From the NCBI GenBank assembly GCA_002309655.1, contig DBXM01000016.1:72771-136770 (forward strand): a stretch of DNA of 64,000 bases, in the 5' to 3' direction. Positions 37,303 through 46,836 of the stretch are shown here, one piece after another. The notes beneath the pieces were generated by a model, which had not been told where the DNA came from, searched no databases, and was given only the letters and a program-made list of their open reading frames with translations. The first letter of the stretch is position 1, and each line of letters opens with the position of its first letter. Origin of the DNA: Mageeibacillus sp. UBA1212 (GTDB lineage Bacteria > Bacillota > Clostridia > UBA1212). Made by a program: the position numbers and the translations under genes.

Positions 37303-37455
37303 TAAAATCCGAGAATTTCTCAAAATGCGGCATGTTAAAAGAACGAATAAACTCCAAGCTCGCCCCTCAATAATAGCTCGCCAAAAAACACTTTTTTAAA
37401 CAAAAAAGACACCCCAAAGGGTGCCCTCTTCGCGTTGTATTCATTATTCAAACGG

Positions 37456-38196
37456 TCAAGCGGCTCTATTAACCAGCCTGCTGATCAGAAACAGAATCCC
37501 GTAAACCAGAGGCTGATGCAGCATGTAAATCAGCAGCGAATGCCTCCCCACGAACGAGAAAAACCGGATGACCGGATTCCTGTCGTTCACTTTTTTAAAA
37601 AGAGTAACCTTGTTTTTGTAAAGCGTTTTTCCGCCCGCGACGCCGATCATAAAGTAACCGAGATGCGGGAAAATCGGGAAATAATCGCCGGCCGCAAATC
37701 CTTTAGCAGTCAGCCCCAGCGGGAACAGATACGGGTTCGATACCTTGAACGTCGTAAACCAAATTCCAAGCGCCACAAAGCAAACGCCGAGCCCCAGAAT
37801 CACGGGCCACGGCAGCTTCCTGTATAATCCGTACGTGAGCATGCAGAAGGCCAGAAGGTGGAGCACGCCGAACCAGATGTGAAGACTCCTGTCAAATAGC
37901 AGACACGTGACCAGGGTAATTATCATAGCGCAGACCGCCACGACAACGCCCCTGATTATATGATGATGTCCGAGAGTCACGCAGACGCCGGAAAGCACCA
38001 CGAAAAGAATCCCGCCGTACGTTTGGATCCAGTCAAACCACGCCGGCGTCTCGAAATAGAACCCGAAAAGCTCTCTGATGTCGAAAATCGCGTGAACAAT
38101 CACGACCCCGATTATGCATAGCCCCCTAAACGCGTCAAGTTCCCAGATCCGCTTTGTATTCTTTTTCTTAAAAAGTCCGGTAAAAAACTCTTTCAT
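37456..38196 (-). CDS. Polytopic membrane protein, DUF1624/acyltransferase-3-like (HGSNAT-type N-terminal motif)
   Basis: It is 246 aa with 7-8 predicted transmembrane helices. The motif WELDAFRGLCIIGVVIVH matches the conserved LDxxRG motif of the DUF1624 / heparan-alpha-glucosaminide N-acetyltransferase-like family. Confidence 0.45.
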   Translation of the reverse strand: MKEFFTGLFKKKNTKRIWELDAFRGLCIIGVVIVHAIFDIRELFGFYFETPAWFDWIQTYGGILFVVLSGVCVTLGHHHIIRGVVVAVCAMIITLVTCLLFDRSLHIWFGVLHLLAFCMLTYGLYRKLPWPVILGLGVCFVALGIWFTTFKVSNPYLFPLGLTAKGFAAGDYFPIFPHLGYFMIGVAGGKTLYKNKVTLFKKVNDRNPVIRFFSFVGRHSLLIYMLHQPLVYGILFLISRLVNRAA

Positions 38197-38208
38197 AAAA
38201 ACACAAAC

Positions 38209-39114
38209 CTACGGCGTCACAGTCTCGATTTTCGCCCTGTTCTCGAAAACGCTGCCGCTTAGAATAATGTCTCCGTACCCGGGTGCGCGAATGACGCCCT
38301 TTGCCGGATTCTTGACGGAATCAATGACCGTTGTAACGTCAGCGTCGACTTCCGAATACTCGAAGCTCAGGTCGCAAGCGTACATCTCGCAGTTTATCAG
38401 CATCAGTTTTTTGCAGTAGCAAAGAGGCTGCGTACCGCTGATTTTGCAATTGATCAGCGTCAGGCCTTCGGAATACCACCCGAGGTACTCCCCGTTAAGA
38501 ACCGAATCCTTCACCGTAACATTCTTTGAGTGCCAGAACGCGTCCTTCGTGTTCAGCTCGCAGTTCGAAATCCCGGCGTTTTTGACATACTGGAACGAGT
38601 ACTTCCCCGCCAGCACGGAATCAGTAAGCGTCAGATTTTCGGTCTTCAGGAACGGATACTCCGAAGTGATCCGCGACTCCTTCACGGTCACCCTTTTGTT
38701 AAGCCAGCCGAACTCTGAGGATACTATCGTTGAGCCTGCAACGTCGACGTCCCGGCATTCACGGACTGCCTTGACCCCGTTCAACACAGAATTAACAATT
38801 TTGATGTTCTTCGCGTACCAGAGCGCCGCACGCGCCGTCTCCGTCATTTCCGAGTTCTCAATAACTGTATTCTCGGTATGCCAGAGCGGGTATCTAAGTC
38901 TGAAAAGACATCCTTCCACTTTGATTCCGCGGGTCTCCTTAAGAGCGGATTCCCCGTCTTCCTCACCCTCAAACCGGCAGCCGGAAACAACGGTATTCGA
39001 AATCCCGTAAAGCGCCCTTTCCTCAGAGAAAACACGTCCTGACACGGTTTCGCAATCCGCTTCAACGTTCCTATTATTTTTGTCCGGCAAATGCGAGCCG
39101 TAAATATCTTTCAT
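38209..39114 (-). CDS. Right-handed parallel beta-helix repeat protein (DUF3737-like)
   Basis: The ATG at 39114 has an AAGGT ribosome-binding site. It is 301 aa with repeating 22-aa beta-helix rungs (NxxIxNSVLNG..., VTVKDSVLNGEY, LTLINCKISG, LMLINCEMYA). Confidence 0.45.
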   Translation of the reverse strand: MKDIYGSHLPDKNNRNVEADCETVSGRVFSEERALYGISNTVVSGCRFEGEEDGESALKETRGIKVEGCLFRLRYPLWHTENTVIENSEMTETARAALWYAKNIKIVNSVLNGVKAVRECRDVDVAGSTIVSSEFGWLNKRVTVKESRITSEYPFLKTENLTLTDSVLAGKYSFQYVKNAGISNCELNTKDAFWHSKNVTVKDSVLNGEYLGWYSEGLTLINCKISGTQPLCYCKKLMLINCEMYACDLSFEYSEVDADVTTVIDSVKNPAKGVIRAPGYGDIILSGSVFENRAKIETVTP

Positions 39115-39341
39115 TGTAAAACCTTCGATCAAGACGGATAGTCAAAAGCGCAGTTCCGCCTCCCGCAAACATATACGGAAGAGCGCCAGCCGCCCGGGGA
39201 GACTAACGCCCGCAAAGAGCGCACTTCTCCCCAATCACATTAAAACGGTCTGCGCTTAATCATTCCCCATAATCGGTCCGTCGACAAGCAGTAAAAACGC
39301 ACCGTCGACGCAAACCGGTTACAATACAACGAATTAAAAAA

Positions 39342-40718
39342 TTATTTAACGCCGTTCTTGTCAGTCGAACCGAACTCGGCACCGCTGAGCGACTCTCCGA
39401 GGAACTTGCCGATTTCAAACGACTTAAGCTTCTCGTTCTGCATCTTCTCAGCGCCCGGACCGTATGCCCAAACGTTTACCTTGTTCGACGTGTGAGCAAT
39501 CGTCGTAAACCTGTAAGGAAGCGTATCCCAGTCGACGTCGGGGTTCTTGCTCTGCGCAATCTTCTCGGCCTCGTACAGGCAGTGAAGCTTCGCGTTCGTG
39601 AGGCACCACTCTTCCTGCGCGATATACTGGTTGGTCTTCTCGTTCTTCTTTATATAGGCGTCAGCCTCTTCCTTGGGAAGAATGCCGCCTGTCTCGTGGT
39701 CGGCGGTAACGACGATCAGCGTATCCTTGTTCTCGTACGCGTAGCGGACACCGATTTCAACCGCCTGGTCGAACGAGGTCATATGTCTCGTGAGCTCCAT
39801 CATATCGCAGTTGTGAGCGACTTCGTCGAGCGCACCGCCTTCAACAATCAGGAAGAATCCTTTATCGTTCTTGGAGAGCATCTTGATGGCCTGTTCGGTC
39901 ATCTCGGGAAGCGAAGGATGCGTATCTGCGTCTTCGAACCAGTAGTCGTCGGTCATGGTGGCAATGAGCCTGCCCTCGCCGTTAAACGAAAGCACGTCCT
40001 CCCACTTCGTGACCCAGGTGACATTGTTGTCCGTGAGCTTCTGCGCATAGCTCGGATCGTTTTCCATCAGAAGGTCGTACATCGCCTTGCCGCCGCCCAT
40101 AATGAAGTCGGCAACGCTCGTATCTATCTGAAGCGCCGCAATATTGGATTCGTCGTTTCTGTTCTTGGCGTGAACCGAGAACGTGGCCGGAGTTGCGTCA
40201 ACGATGCTCTCGGTAGTGATGATGCCAGCAGACTTTCCGAGCGACTTCGCAAGTTCTGTCATATTCATGACTTCCTCGCCCTTGTTGTTAAGGCCGATCT
40301 GCTTTCTCTTGCCCTTGTAACCGCAGGCGAGAGCCGTGCCTCCGGAAGCGCTGTCAGGCTCACCCTCTGTGCAGGTCGTGTTAACGATCCCCGTGTAAGG
40401 AAGGTACTCTATAACGAGTTTTCCGTCGTAGCGGCCGCCGGTTATCGCGTCGGTAGCCGGAACGTGGTTCTGTCCCATACCGTCTCCGATATAAAGAATG
40501 ACGTTCTTGCAGTCCTTGAACTCAGTCGAAGCCAGCGCGGCAAGAATCTCTTCCATCGGCGTGACAGGCTCTTCGGTCGGCTCTTCAGTGGGAGCTTCTG
40601 TGGCCTCAGGCGCCGCCGTGACGTCAGGCGTAGGTGTAGTCGTGCAGGCAGCCGCGAAAATCATAATTCCCGCCAGCATTGCCGCAAAAATCACTTTGAG
40701 TAACTTCTTAAAATTCAT
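39342..40718 (-). CDS. Alkaline phosphatase (PhoA family) lipoprotein
   Basis: The ATG at 40718 has a GGAGGA ribosome-binding site. The lipobox is LAGIMIFAAAC. A Pro/Thr/Glu-rich linker follows. The PhoA motifs DGMG, the active-site DSASGGTA and a VTADHETGG motif are present. Confidence 0.85.
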   Translation of the reverse strand: MNFKKLLKVIFAAMLAGIMIFAAACTTTPTPDVTAAPEATEAPTEEPTEEPVTPMEEILAALASTEFKDCKNVILYIGDGMGQNHVPATDAITGGRYDGKLVIEYLPYTGIVNTTCTEGEPDSASGGTALACGYKGKRKQIGLNNKGEEVMNMTELAKSLGKSAGIITTESIVDATPATFSVHAKNRNDESNIAALQIDTSVADFIMGGGKAMYDLLMENDPSYAQKLTDNNVTWVTKWEDVLSFNGEGRLIATMTDDYWFEDADTHPSLPEMTEQAIKMLSKNDKGFFLIVEGGALDEVAHNCDMMELTRHMTSFDQAVEIGVRYAYENKDTLIVVTADHETGGILPKEEADAYIKKNEKTNQYIAQEEWCLTNAKLHCLYEAEKIAQSKNPDVDWDTLPYRFTTIAHTSNKVNVWAYGPGAEKMQNEKLKSFEIGKFLGESLSGAEFGSTDKNGVK

Positions 40719-40838
40719 CTTAATCCTCCGGATTATCTTATTCACGCAAAGTCCGCAGCTTCGCGCTTCAAAGATTATTATACTCCGCCTTCCGCCGGAA
40801 ATTCACTGACGTCAGGCGGCTTGAAATCAACAAATCTG

Positions 40839-42464
40839 TTAGCGCGTAATCTGCTGCTCGACGAGGCTCTTTCCGCAGTAAATCTCCCTGAGTCTGGGCT
40901 TTTCGATCTTTCCGGTGGGATTTCTCGGCACGCTTGCGAAAATGATCTTCTTCGGTCTCTTGTACCTGGGCATACCCTCGCAGAAGAACATGACCTCGTC
41001 CTCCGTCAGCGTCATTCCCGGTTTGACCTCAATAATGGCCGCCGCAATCTCGCCGAGCCTGTTGTCGGGGAGTCCGATAACCGCCACGTCTTTGATCTTG
41101 TCGTTGCAGCGCAGATAGTCCTCGATCTGCACCGGGTAGAGGTTCTCGCCGCCGCTGATAATGACGTCCTTTTTCCTGTCGACCAGGAATATGAACCCGT
41201 CCTCGTCAACTTTTGCCATGTCTCCGGTATACAGCCAGCCGTCCTTTAAAACCTCATCCGTCGCCTCGGGGTTCTTGTAGTAGCACTTCATGACGCCGGG
41301 ACCCCTTACAAGAAGCTCTCCGACCTCGCCCGTTTTAACGTCGTCCCCGTTCGTATCTACAACGCGCGTCTGCCAGAGATAACCGGCTTTTCCGATTGCT
41401 CCAACCTTGTGAATATTCTCGACGCCGAGGTGCACGCATCCCGGTCCGATAGACTCGCTGAGTCCGTAGTTGGTGTCGTACTGATGGTTCGGGAAAACCT
41501 TTTTCCAGTTTCTAATAAGACTCGGCGGAACCGGCTGCGCACCGACGTGCATAAGCCTCCAGCAGCTGAGATCGTAGTCTTCAAGCTTTATATCTCCGCG
41601 CTCAAGCGAGTCAAGAATGTCCTGCACCCACGGCACCAGAAGCCACACAATCGTCGCTCTCTCGTCGGAAACGGTCTGAAGAATCCACTCCGGCCGCACG
41701 CCTTTAAGCAGAACGGCTTTACCGCCTGTCATAAGACTCCCGAACCAGTGCATTTTCGCGCCCGTGTGATACAGCGGCGGGATGCACAGGAACACGTCGT
41801 TCTTCGTCTGTCCATGATGGTTCTGCTCCGTTCTGCAAGAGCTCAAAAGCGCCGCGTGCGAATGAAGAATCGCTTTCGGGAATCCGGTCGTTCCGGACGA
41901 GAAGTAAATGGCGGCATTGTCGTCTTCGTTAAGATCAACGGCCGGCGCGACAGACGAGCAGTACGTTATCATCCTGCTGAAACTGTCCGCAAACTCCGGC
42001 ACCTCGCTTCCCACAAAGAAGAAATGCTTGATCGCCTGAAGCTTGTCCAGAACCTCCGTCACGCGCCCTGTAAATTCGGGTCCGAAAACCATATAAGTTG
42101 AATCGGAAAGGTTGACGCAGTAGCTGATCTCATCCTGCGTATAGCGGTAATTCATCGGAACCGCAAGCGCGCCCGTTTTAAGAATACCGAAATAAATGGG
42201 CAACCAATCGATGCAGTTCATCAAAAGAATCGCGACCTTGTCGCCCTTCTTTATGCCCCTTGTAAGAAGCAGATTCGCGAAGCGGTTTGCCTTAACGTCA
42301 AATTCTCTCCAGGTAATGCTTCTCCTGTACTTTTCTCCCGGACTCGACTCGATAAGACTGTACTCGCGCCAGCTCTTCGGCTGCGCCTGCGGGTTGATCT
42401 CAACCAGCGCCACATCGTCGGGAAACACTTTCGCATTCCTCTCAAGAAAATCCATTATAACCAT
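40839..42464 (-). CDS. AMP-binding acyl-CoA synthetase / fatty-acid-CoA ligase (ANL superfamily)
   Basis: The AMP-binding motif YFSSGTTGFPKA, an A8 TGD motif YTGDMAKVDEDGFIFLVDRKKDVIISGGENLYP and a C-terminal GKIEK motif are present. The start MVIMDFLERN at 42464 is favoured; the track's 48-aa N-terminal extension is unlikely. Confidence 0.8.
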   Translation of the reverse strand: MVIMDFLERNAKVFPDDVALVEINPQAQPKSWREYSLIESSPGEKYRRSITWREFDVKANRFANLLLTRGIKKGDKVAILLMNCIDWLPIYFGILKTGALAVPMNYRYTQDEISYCVNLSDSTYMVFGPEFTGRVTEVLDKLQAIKHFFFVGSEVPEFADSFSRMITYCSSVAPAVDLNEDDNAAIYFSSGTTGFPKAILHSHAALLSSCRTEQNHHGQTKNDVFLCIPPLYHTGAKMHWFGSLMTGGKAVLLKGVRPEWILQTVSDERATIVWLLVPWVQDILDSLERGDIKLEDYDLSCWRLMHVGAQPVPPSLIRNWKKVFPNHQYDTNYGLSESIGPGCVHLGVENIHKVGAIGKAGYLWQTRVVDTNGDDVKTGEVGELLVRGPGVMKCYYKNPEATDEVLKDGWLYTGDMAKVDEDGFIFLVDRKKDVIISGGENLYPVQIEDYLRCNDKIKDVAVIGLPDNRLGEIAAAIIEVKPGMTLTEDEVMFFCEGMPRYKRPKKIIFASVPRNPTGKIEKPRLREIYCGKSLVEQQITR

Positions 42465-42658
42465 AAAAACCTCTTTCCGAAAACCGAAAAAGATAAAAGT
42501 CGGCGGTTTTCGCGTAATTAACCGATAGATAGAATTGTATTTTAAGAAGCCCTCCGTGTCAAGTATTTTGTCGAAAAACAGCCGCTTTGTGCCGCCCTGC
42601 GACGTCAAAAAACAACCGTAAAGACCTTCCCGGCAAGCCTCCGTCCCTCATTATTCAA

Positions 42659-43129
42659 TCATCCGTAATACACGCTCTCCTCAAGCTCATCCTCGTCGTA
42701 ATCCTCTCCCTCCGGCTCGTATTTGATTCCCTTGATCTTCCCGCCGAACATCATGAACATTTCCGGCAGTCTGAACAGTTCACAGTACTTCTTTATTTTC
42801 TCCGGCGGAAGACTCTCAAAGAATTCGCTGTCGTCAGGCGCCAGCGCCACAAAAAACGTCCCGGCTATAATGTCCTGAAGGTTTCCATCACTGTCATACA
42901 GCCCTCTGTTTAAAGGCATTCCGAGCAGTTTTCCCTCCTCGTTGCATATAATGGTCGCATCGTCGTCAAACGGCATGATCGACTCAATCAGTCCGTCCAC
43001 GACCTCCTGCATTGCCTCCAGCGTCTGGTCTATCATTACCGTCTCCGGGGTCTTTCCCGGTTTCACAACCAAAACCTCGATTTTCTTCACGCCGATGTTA
43101 GGCGCTTCTTTAACCTTCTCTGTTTGCAT
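42659..43129 (-). CDS. DUF3846-like small acidic protein
   Basis: It is 156 aa. The pattern V(V/I)KPGKTPE...GLIE....D.ATIICNEEGKLLGMPLNRG matches my memory of the DUF3846 family, which is often carried on Firmicutes conjugative elements or phages. Confidence 0.4.
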   Translation of the reverse strand: MQTEKVKEAPNIGVKKIEVLVVKPGKTPETVMIDQTLEAMQEVVDGLIESIMPFDDDATIICNEEGKLLGMPLNRGLYDSDGNLQDIIAGTFFVALAPDDSEFFESLPPEKIKKYCELFRLPEMFMMFGGKIKGIKYEPEGEDYDEDELEESVYYG

Positions 43130-43225
43130 AAGTTACACCTCCGCATAAAAAAGGAGCGGCAACCCGAAAGCTCCGCTCCCAAATACACCTGTCCCCCGCG
43201 GAACAGGCTCACATTAATATAATTA

Positions 43226-44755
43226 TCAGAAAACAATCTGCCTGTTTTCTTTCGCACAACCCGCTTCAGTCACGTCCTTCATGTTCGTCAGCGGCTGAAG
43301 CCCGTTCCCGTAAACGCAGTTCTCCGCAAGCGGCGGAAAATCCGGATTTCCGGTTCCCAGCATCAGATTGCCGTAGAAGAATCTGATGCCGTCCGATTTA
43401 AGCGCCGGCTCCCCTTTAAACGAGAAACCTGCATGTCCTCTTACCGACCTTTTCTCTCCCCTCTTCATGTCAAAAACATGCTCGATATAACCGTCTTCCG
43501 ACAAAAGCTTCACAGAGAAACATATGTCAGTCTTGGCAGTAACCGTGATCCTGTAGCTGTCCCCGTAGGGAATCTCGCCCGAAAACGAAATTACAAGCGA
43601 CTCCGTCGTAAGCTCCGCATCCCCGCCGATCGTGACAATGATGTTCCTGTCTTCGTCTGTCAGGAAGAAATTCTCAAAGAGTGAGGAAATGCCTTCTGCG
43701 CCCCTCATCGTGCAGCACCAGAAAGCCTCGCTGAGTCCGCCTCCGCTAGGTTTTAAAAACACTGTCTCAGGTCCCGTGGTGGTATCCGTCCCGAAGCCTC
43801 CGTTCGACCTCTGCGCATAGCAGAAAGCGTTGTAATAGATTCTCTGTGCAAGCTTAAGGTACCGCGGATCCTCTGTAGCCCTGTAGAGCGAGAACGCCGC
43901 CATAAGCGAGTCGGTGATCGCGCAGGGCTCCGTCCACGTATCAAACCGCCCGAACCAGTTGAAATTCGCGTAGTTCTCCGTCATTCCCTCTTTAAGGTAA
44001 AGATCGAAAATCCGCTCCGCGGCGTCAAGATAACTCCTGTCGTCAGTCTTTTCGTACAGCCTCAGAATTCCGCGCACCGCGCTTAAAGTGGCGTGCGTCT
44101 GCATGTGCGAGGTTACGAAATCGATGCCGGTAAATACGCCAATCATCTCATCCAGAAGCGCCTTGACCTCTTCTCCGCCGAAAAGCGAATAGTATTGCGC
44201 GAGTCCGTCCAGGCACATGAAAGCGCATCCTATATCGGTTGAAGTGACCCACGCTCCAATCTGCCCGGTGATGTTTCCGCCGTACGAGCCGCCTTTTCCG
44301 CGCCGCGCCGGGTCCACAGGATAGTCGTCGTAATACCCTCTCGCGGGAAGATACAGCCTCTCGACAATATTCTTAACCGTCTCCGCAGCCTCTTCGCTCC
44401 CGGTTTTCAGGTAGTACTCCATCAACCCGCGTATCAGCCAGTTGTGCCCCGAGAACTGCTGCTCGTCGAAGGCACCGTTCGGCAGGATTCTCCCAAGGTA
44501 ACCTCTTGCGTTCAGATGCGACCGGATTCCGTCGATGATTTCATCAAGATAAGCAGGCCTCGTTCCAAGGGCTTTCCAGTTTGACACGAGCGCAAGAATC
44601 GTTCTTCCCTCCCAGTCGCCGGGCCACCCCTGATGGTCTTGCGTGTAAATCGCGACCGGTCTGTAGATATATGAACACATCCTCGCCGAATTCAGGAGCG
44701 CCCTCTCCTTAAGTTCGCCTCTCACTACGGGTAATTCCTTGATTCTTCTGAGCAT
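43226..44755 (-). CDS. GH127/DUF1680-like glycoside hydrolase (beta-L-arabinofuranosidase-like (alpha/alpha)6 barrel)
   Basis: The ATG at 44755 has a GGAGGT ribosome-binding site. It is about 509 aa and cytoplasmic. A vicinal Cys pair in FWCCTMRGAEG resembles the Cys-Cys Zn/nucleophile motif of GH127 HypBA1. A W/Y-rich helical-barrel N-terminus is present. Confidence 0.45.
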   Translation of the reverse strand: MLRRIKELPVVRGELKERALLNSARMCSYIYRPVAIYTQDHQGWPGDWEGRTILALVSNWKALGTRPAYLDEIIDGIRSHLNARGYLGRILPNGAFDEQQFSGHNWLIRGLMEYYLKTGSEEAAETVKNIVERLYLPARGYYDDYPVDPARRGKGGSYGGNITGQIGAWVTSTDIGCAFMCLDGLAQYYSLFGGEEVKALLDEMIGVFTGIDFVTSHMQTHATLSAVRGILRLYEKTDDRSYLDAAERIFDLYLKEGMTENYANFNWFGRFDTWTEPCAITDSLMAAFSLYRATEDPRYLKLAQRIYYNAFCYAQRSNGGFGTDTTTGPETVFLKPSGGGLSEAFWCCTMRGAEGISSLFENFFLTDEDRNIIVTIGGDAELTTESLVISFSGEIPYGDSYRITVTAKTDICFSVKLLSEDGYIEHVFDMKRGEKRSVRGHAGFSFKGEPALKSDGIRFFYGNLMLGTGNPDFPPLAENCVYGNGLQPLTNMKDVTEAGCAKENRQIVF

Positions 44756-45001
44756 ATAAACCTCCAAAAAGCATTCTGGTAAAAGAGAAATGTCTCAAAA
44801 AGCATTTATAAACCGCTGTCCGCCGTTCCGGAACAGAATTCTATCCGCCGATATTATAATCCATACGCCTGCGAAAAACAATAAACGAATTCCCTTCCCT
44901 CCTGTTGTGCGGTCAAATACACAAGGCGGACACGTTCCCGAAACCCAACCGGGCATTTCAAGAACATGCCGCCCCGCGCTCAGGCAGTTTAACCGTTCAA
45001 G

Positions 45002-46816
45002 TTAAGCAGCCGCTCTCTCCTTTTTGACCTTTCTGACGATAAGGATACCAGAAGTCACCGCAATCGCGGCAAGACTGATGATTCCCAGAACGATTTCCGG
45101 TACGCTGAGGGCTTTGACTCCGGTTGCCGGCTGTTCCTCAACGGACGTCTTTCTTGCCGTGTACCAGACCGTCAGGTGCTTGTCCCCGTCAAGAACGTCG
45201 CCCTTGGGTTCGTCGCCTGTCGTTTTCTCCAGCCTATCGTAGCCATCAATTTCAAGAAGAGTCTTTCCGGTGCAATCGTATGAGGAATTGTGCTCGGCCG
45301 TCTGGGTCGAATCCTCCGAGAGCATCTTCTCCGTCTCGAGCTCCCTATAAGAGACAGTGATCACGTTATCGTACGCGTAGTGAAAATTGATATTCTTGTC
45401 GCAGTCCAGAAGCCCAACCACCGCATCGCCGTCTGCCGCGCTGTAGTAATACGAGGTGTTTTCAGTTTCGATCTCGTCGATTTTCGTCTCGGTGCGGTCG
45501 TAGTCCGACAGATTCTCGCCAGTCGTAATCACTTCGGTATGGATGATCTCGCCTGTATACTTGTCGCGGTAGTTGACCACGATTTTGTGCGTGTAGCCGT
45601 ACGTGATGTCGATCAGAACGTCGCCGTCGATTGCATCCGCCGTAAGATTTCCGCCGTAAACCGCTCCGAACACGTACTCGCCGTCTTCACCTTCAACAGA
45701 GTATTTGTACTCGACACCGCCGAATTCGACCGCTTTGTTGTCGTCGAGCTGGCTGCGGCAGTCGTACGGTGCGAGATGCTCGACGTCAAGGCTGTAAGAG
45801 TCTTTGATCTCAAGAATTTCGCTTTCCGCGTATTTGTACTTGTCCAGGAACCTGACGGTAACCTTGTCATAGTAACCGTAGTAGGCGTTCACGATAACGT
45901 CGCCGTCCATAACTCCGGACAGTTTTTCCTCATTCTCGCACCGTCCGAGGCTAAGCTTGAAGGCGTGCCCGTCCTTGTCGATCTGCTGAACGAGCTTATC
46001 TCTCCTGTCGTATTCCGAGTTGTGTTCGATCTTGAGATCCGTGTAGGCCTCTTTAATGACCGCGCCGTCGTATTTCGAGAGATAGTTGAGCGTCAGAGTC
46101 TCGTAGTAGCCGTAATAAATGTTGACCGTAACGTTTTCAGAAATGTTGCCTACCAGACCCGCCTCGTTGTCGCAGCTTCCGAGCGACAGAAGGTAAGTAT
46201 GTCCGCCTGCGAAAATGCTCTCGAGCAGCTTGTCGCTGTAGTCGTACGCTTCACCGTTTTCGATCTCGTCCACAATGAAACTGTCTTTGATCTTCTCGCC
46301 TGTGTACTTGTCAAGATAGTTGACCGTGATTCCGAACCCGTAACCGTAATAAAGATCGATCACTTTGTCTGCGTCAAGCGTTCCGGAAACCGGGTCGCTG
46401 TTGCCCGCCTGAATTCCCGCCAGTGTGGCAGCCTCGTCGTAGTGATACTTTGAAAGATCAGGACTTACACTGCCGAGATCCTCGAAAATGAAATTGTACG
46501 TTTGGCCGGCGTTTCCTATCGCGGAAATATCGTACGCGGAATTGTGTTCCAGCACGCCGCTGTCCTTGCCGCCGAACAAAAGGAATCCTTTCACGGGATC
46601 GTCCTGCTTAATTATCGACATAAGCCTGGCTCTCGGACCCGCGTTCTCACTGCCACCGCCCGAACTGCCTGCCGAACCGGTATCGCTGATCTTAATTTCG
46701 TCAGCGCCGGTTCTGCTGTATAAAGGTCCGCCGCCCGACAGCATATTCGCGCCGCAGCCTGCAAATACCGCCAGCGCCAAAAACGCCAAAACAACCGAAA
46801 TAATAAACTTTTTCAT
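45002..46816 (-). CDS. Cell-surface lipoprotein with five MucBP-like repeats and a C-terminal transmembrane anchor (putative adhesin)
   Basis: The lipobox signal is MKKFIISVVLAFLALAVFAGC. Five repeats of about 80 aa have the form V(N/T)(Y/F)(L/R)DKYTGE.I....YY.GY. The C-terminal helix LSVPEIVLGIISLAAIAVTSGILIV is followed by a basic tail RKVKKERAAA. No LPXTG motif is present. Confidence 0.55.
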   Translation of the reverse strand: MKKFIISVVLAFLALAVFAGCGANMLSGGGPLYSRTGADEIKISDTGSAGSSGGGSENAGPRARLMSIIKQDDPVKGFLLFGGKDSGVLEHNSAYDISAIGNAGQTYNFIFEDLGSVSPDLSKYHYDEAATLAGIQAGNSDPVSGTLDADKVIDLYYGYGFGITVNYLDKYTGEKIKDSFIVDEIENGEAYDYSDKLLESIFAGGHTYLLSLGSCDNEAGLVGNISENVTVNIYYGYYETLTLNYLSKYDGAVIKEAYTDLKIEHNSEYDRRDKLVQQIDKDGHAFKLSLGRCENEEKLSGVMDGDVIVNAYYGYYDKVTVRFLDKYKYAESEILEIKDSYSLDVEHLAPYDCRSQLDDNKAVEFGGVEYKYSVEGEDGEYVFGAVYGGNLTADAIDGDVLIDITYGYTHKIVVNYRDKYTGEIIHTEVITTGENLSDYDRTETKIDEIETENTSYYYSAADGDAVVGLLDCDKNINFHYAYDNVITVSYRELETEKMLSEDSTQTAEHNSSYDCTGKTLLEIDGYDRLEKTTGDEPKGDVLDGDKHLTVWYTARKTSVEEQPATGVKALSVPEIVLGIISLAAIAVTSGILIVRKVKKERAAA

Positions 46817-46836
46817 ACCTTTCCTCTACCTCCGTA

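Noticed and set aside
37164-37373. A 69-aa plus-strand ORF spanning the intergenic region upstream of the TadE-like gene
   Set aside because: Its periodic F-V-V-F-R / Y-V-T-F-R translation is simply the 10-bp TTCGACA-like DNA repeat read in frame. It has no ribosome-binding site.
42659-44767. Possible prophage or integrative conjugative element around the DUF3846 gene
   Set aside because: No integrase, recombinase, relaxase, type IV coupling protein, or flanking direct repeats are visible. Neighbouring genes are metabolic.
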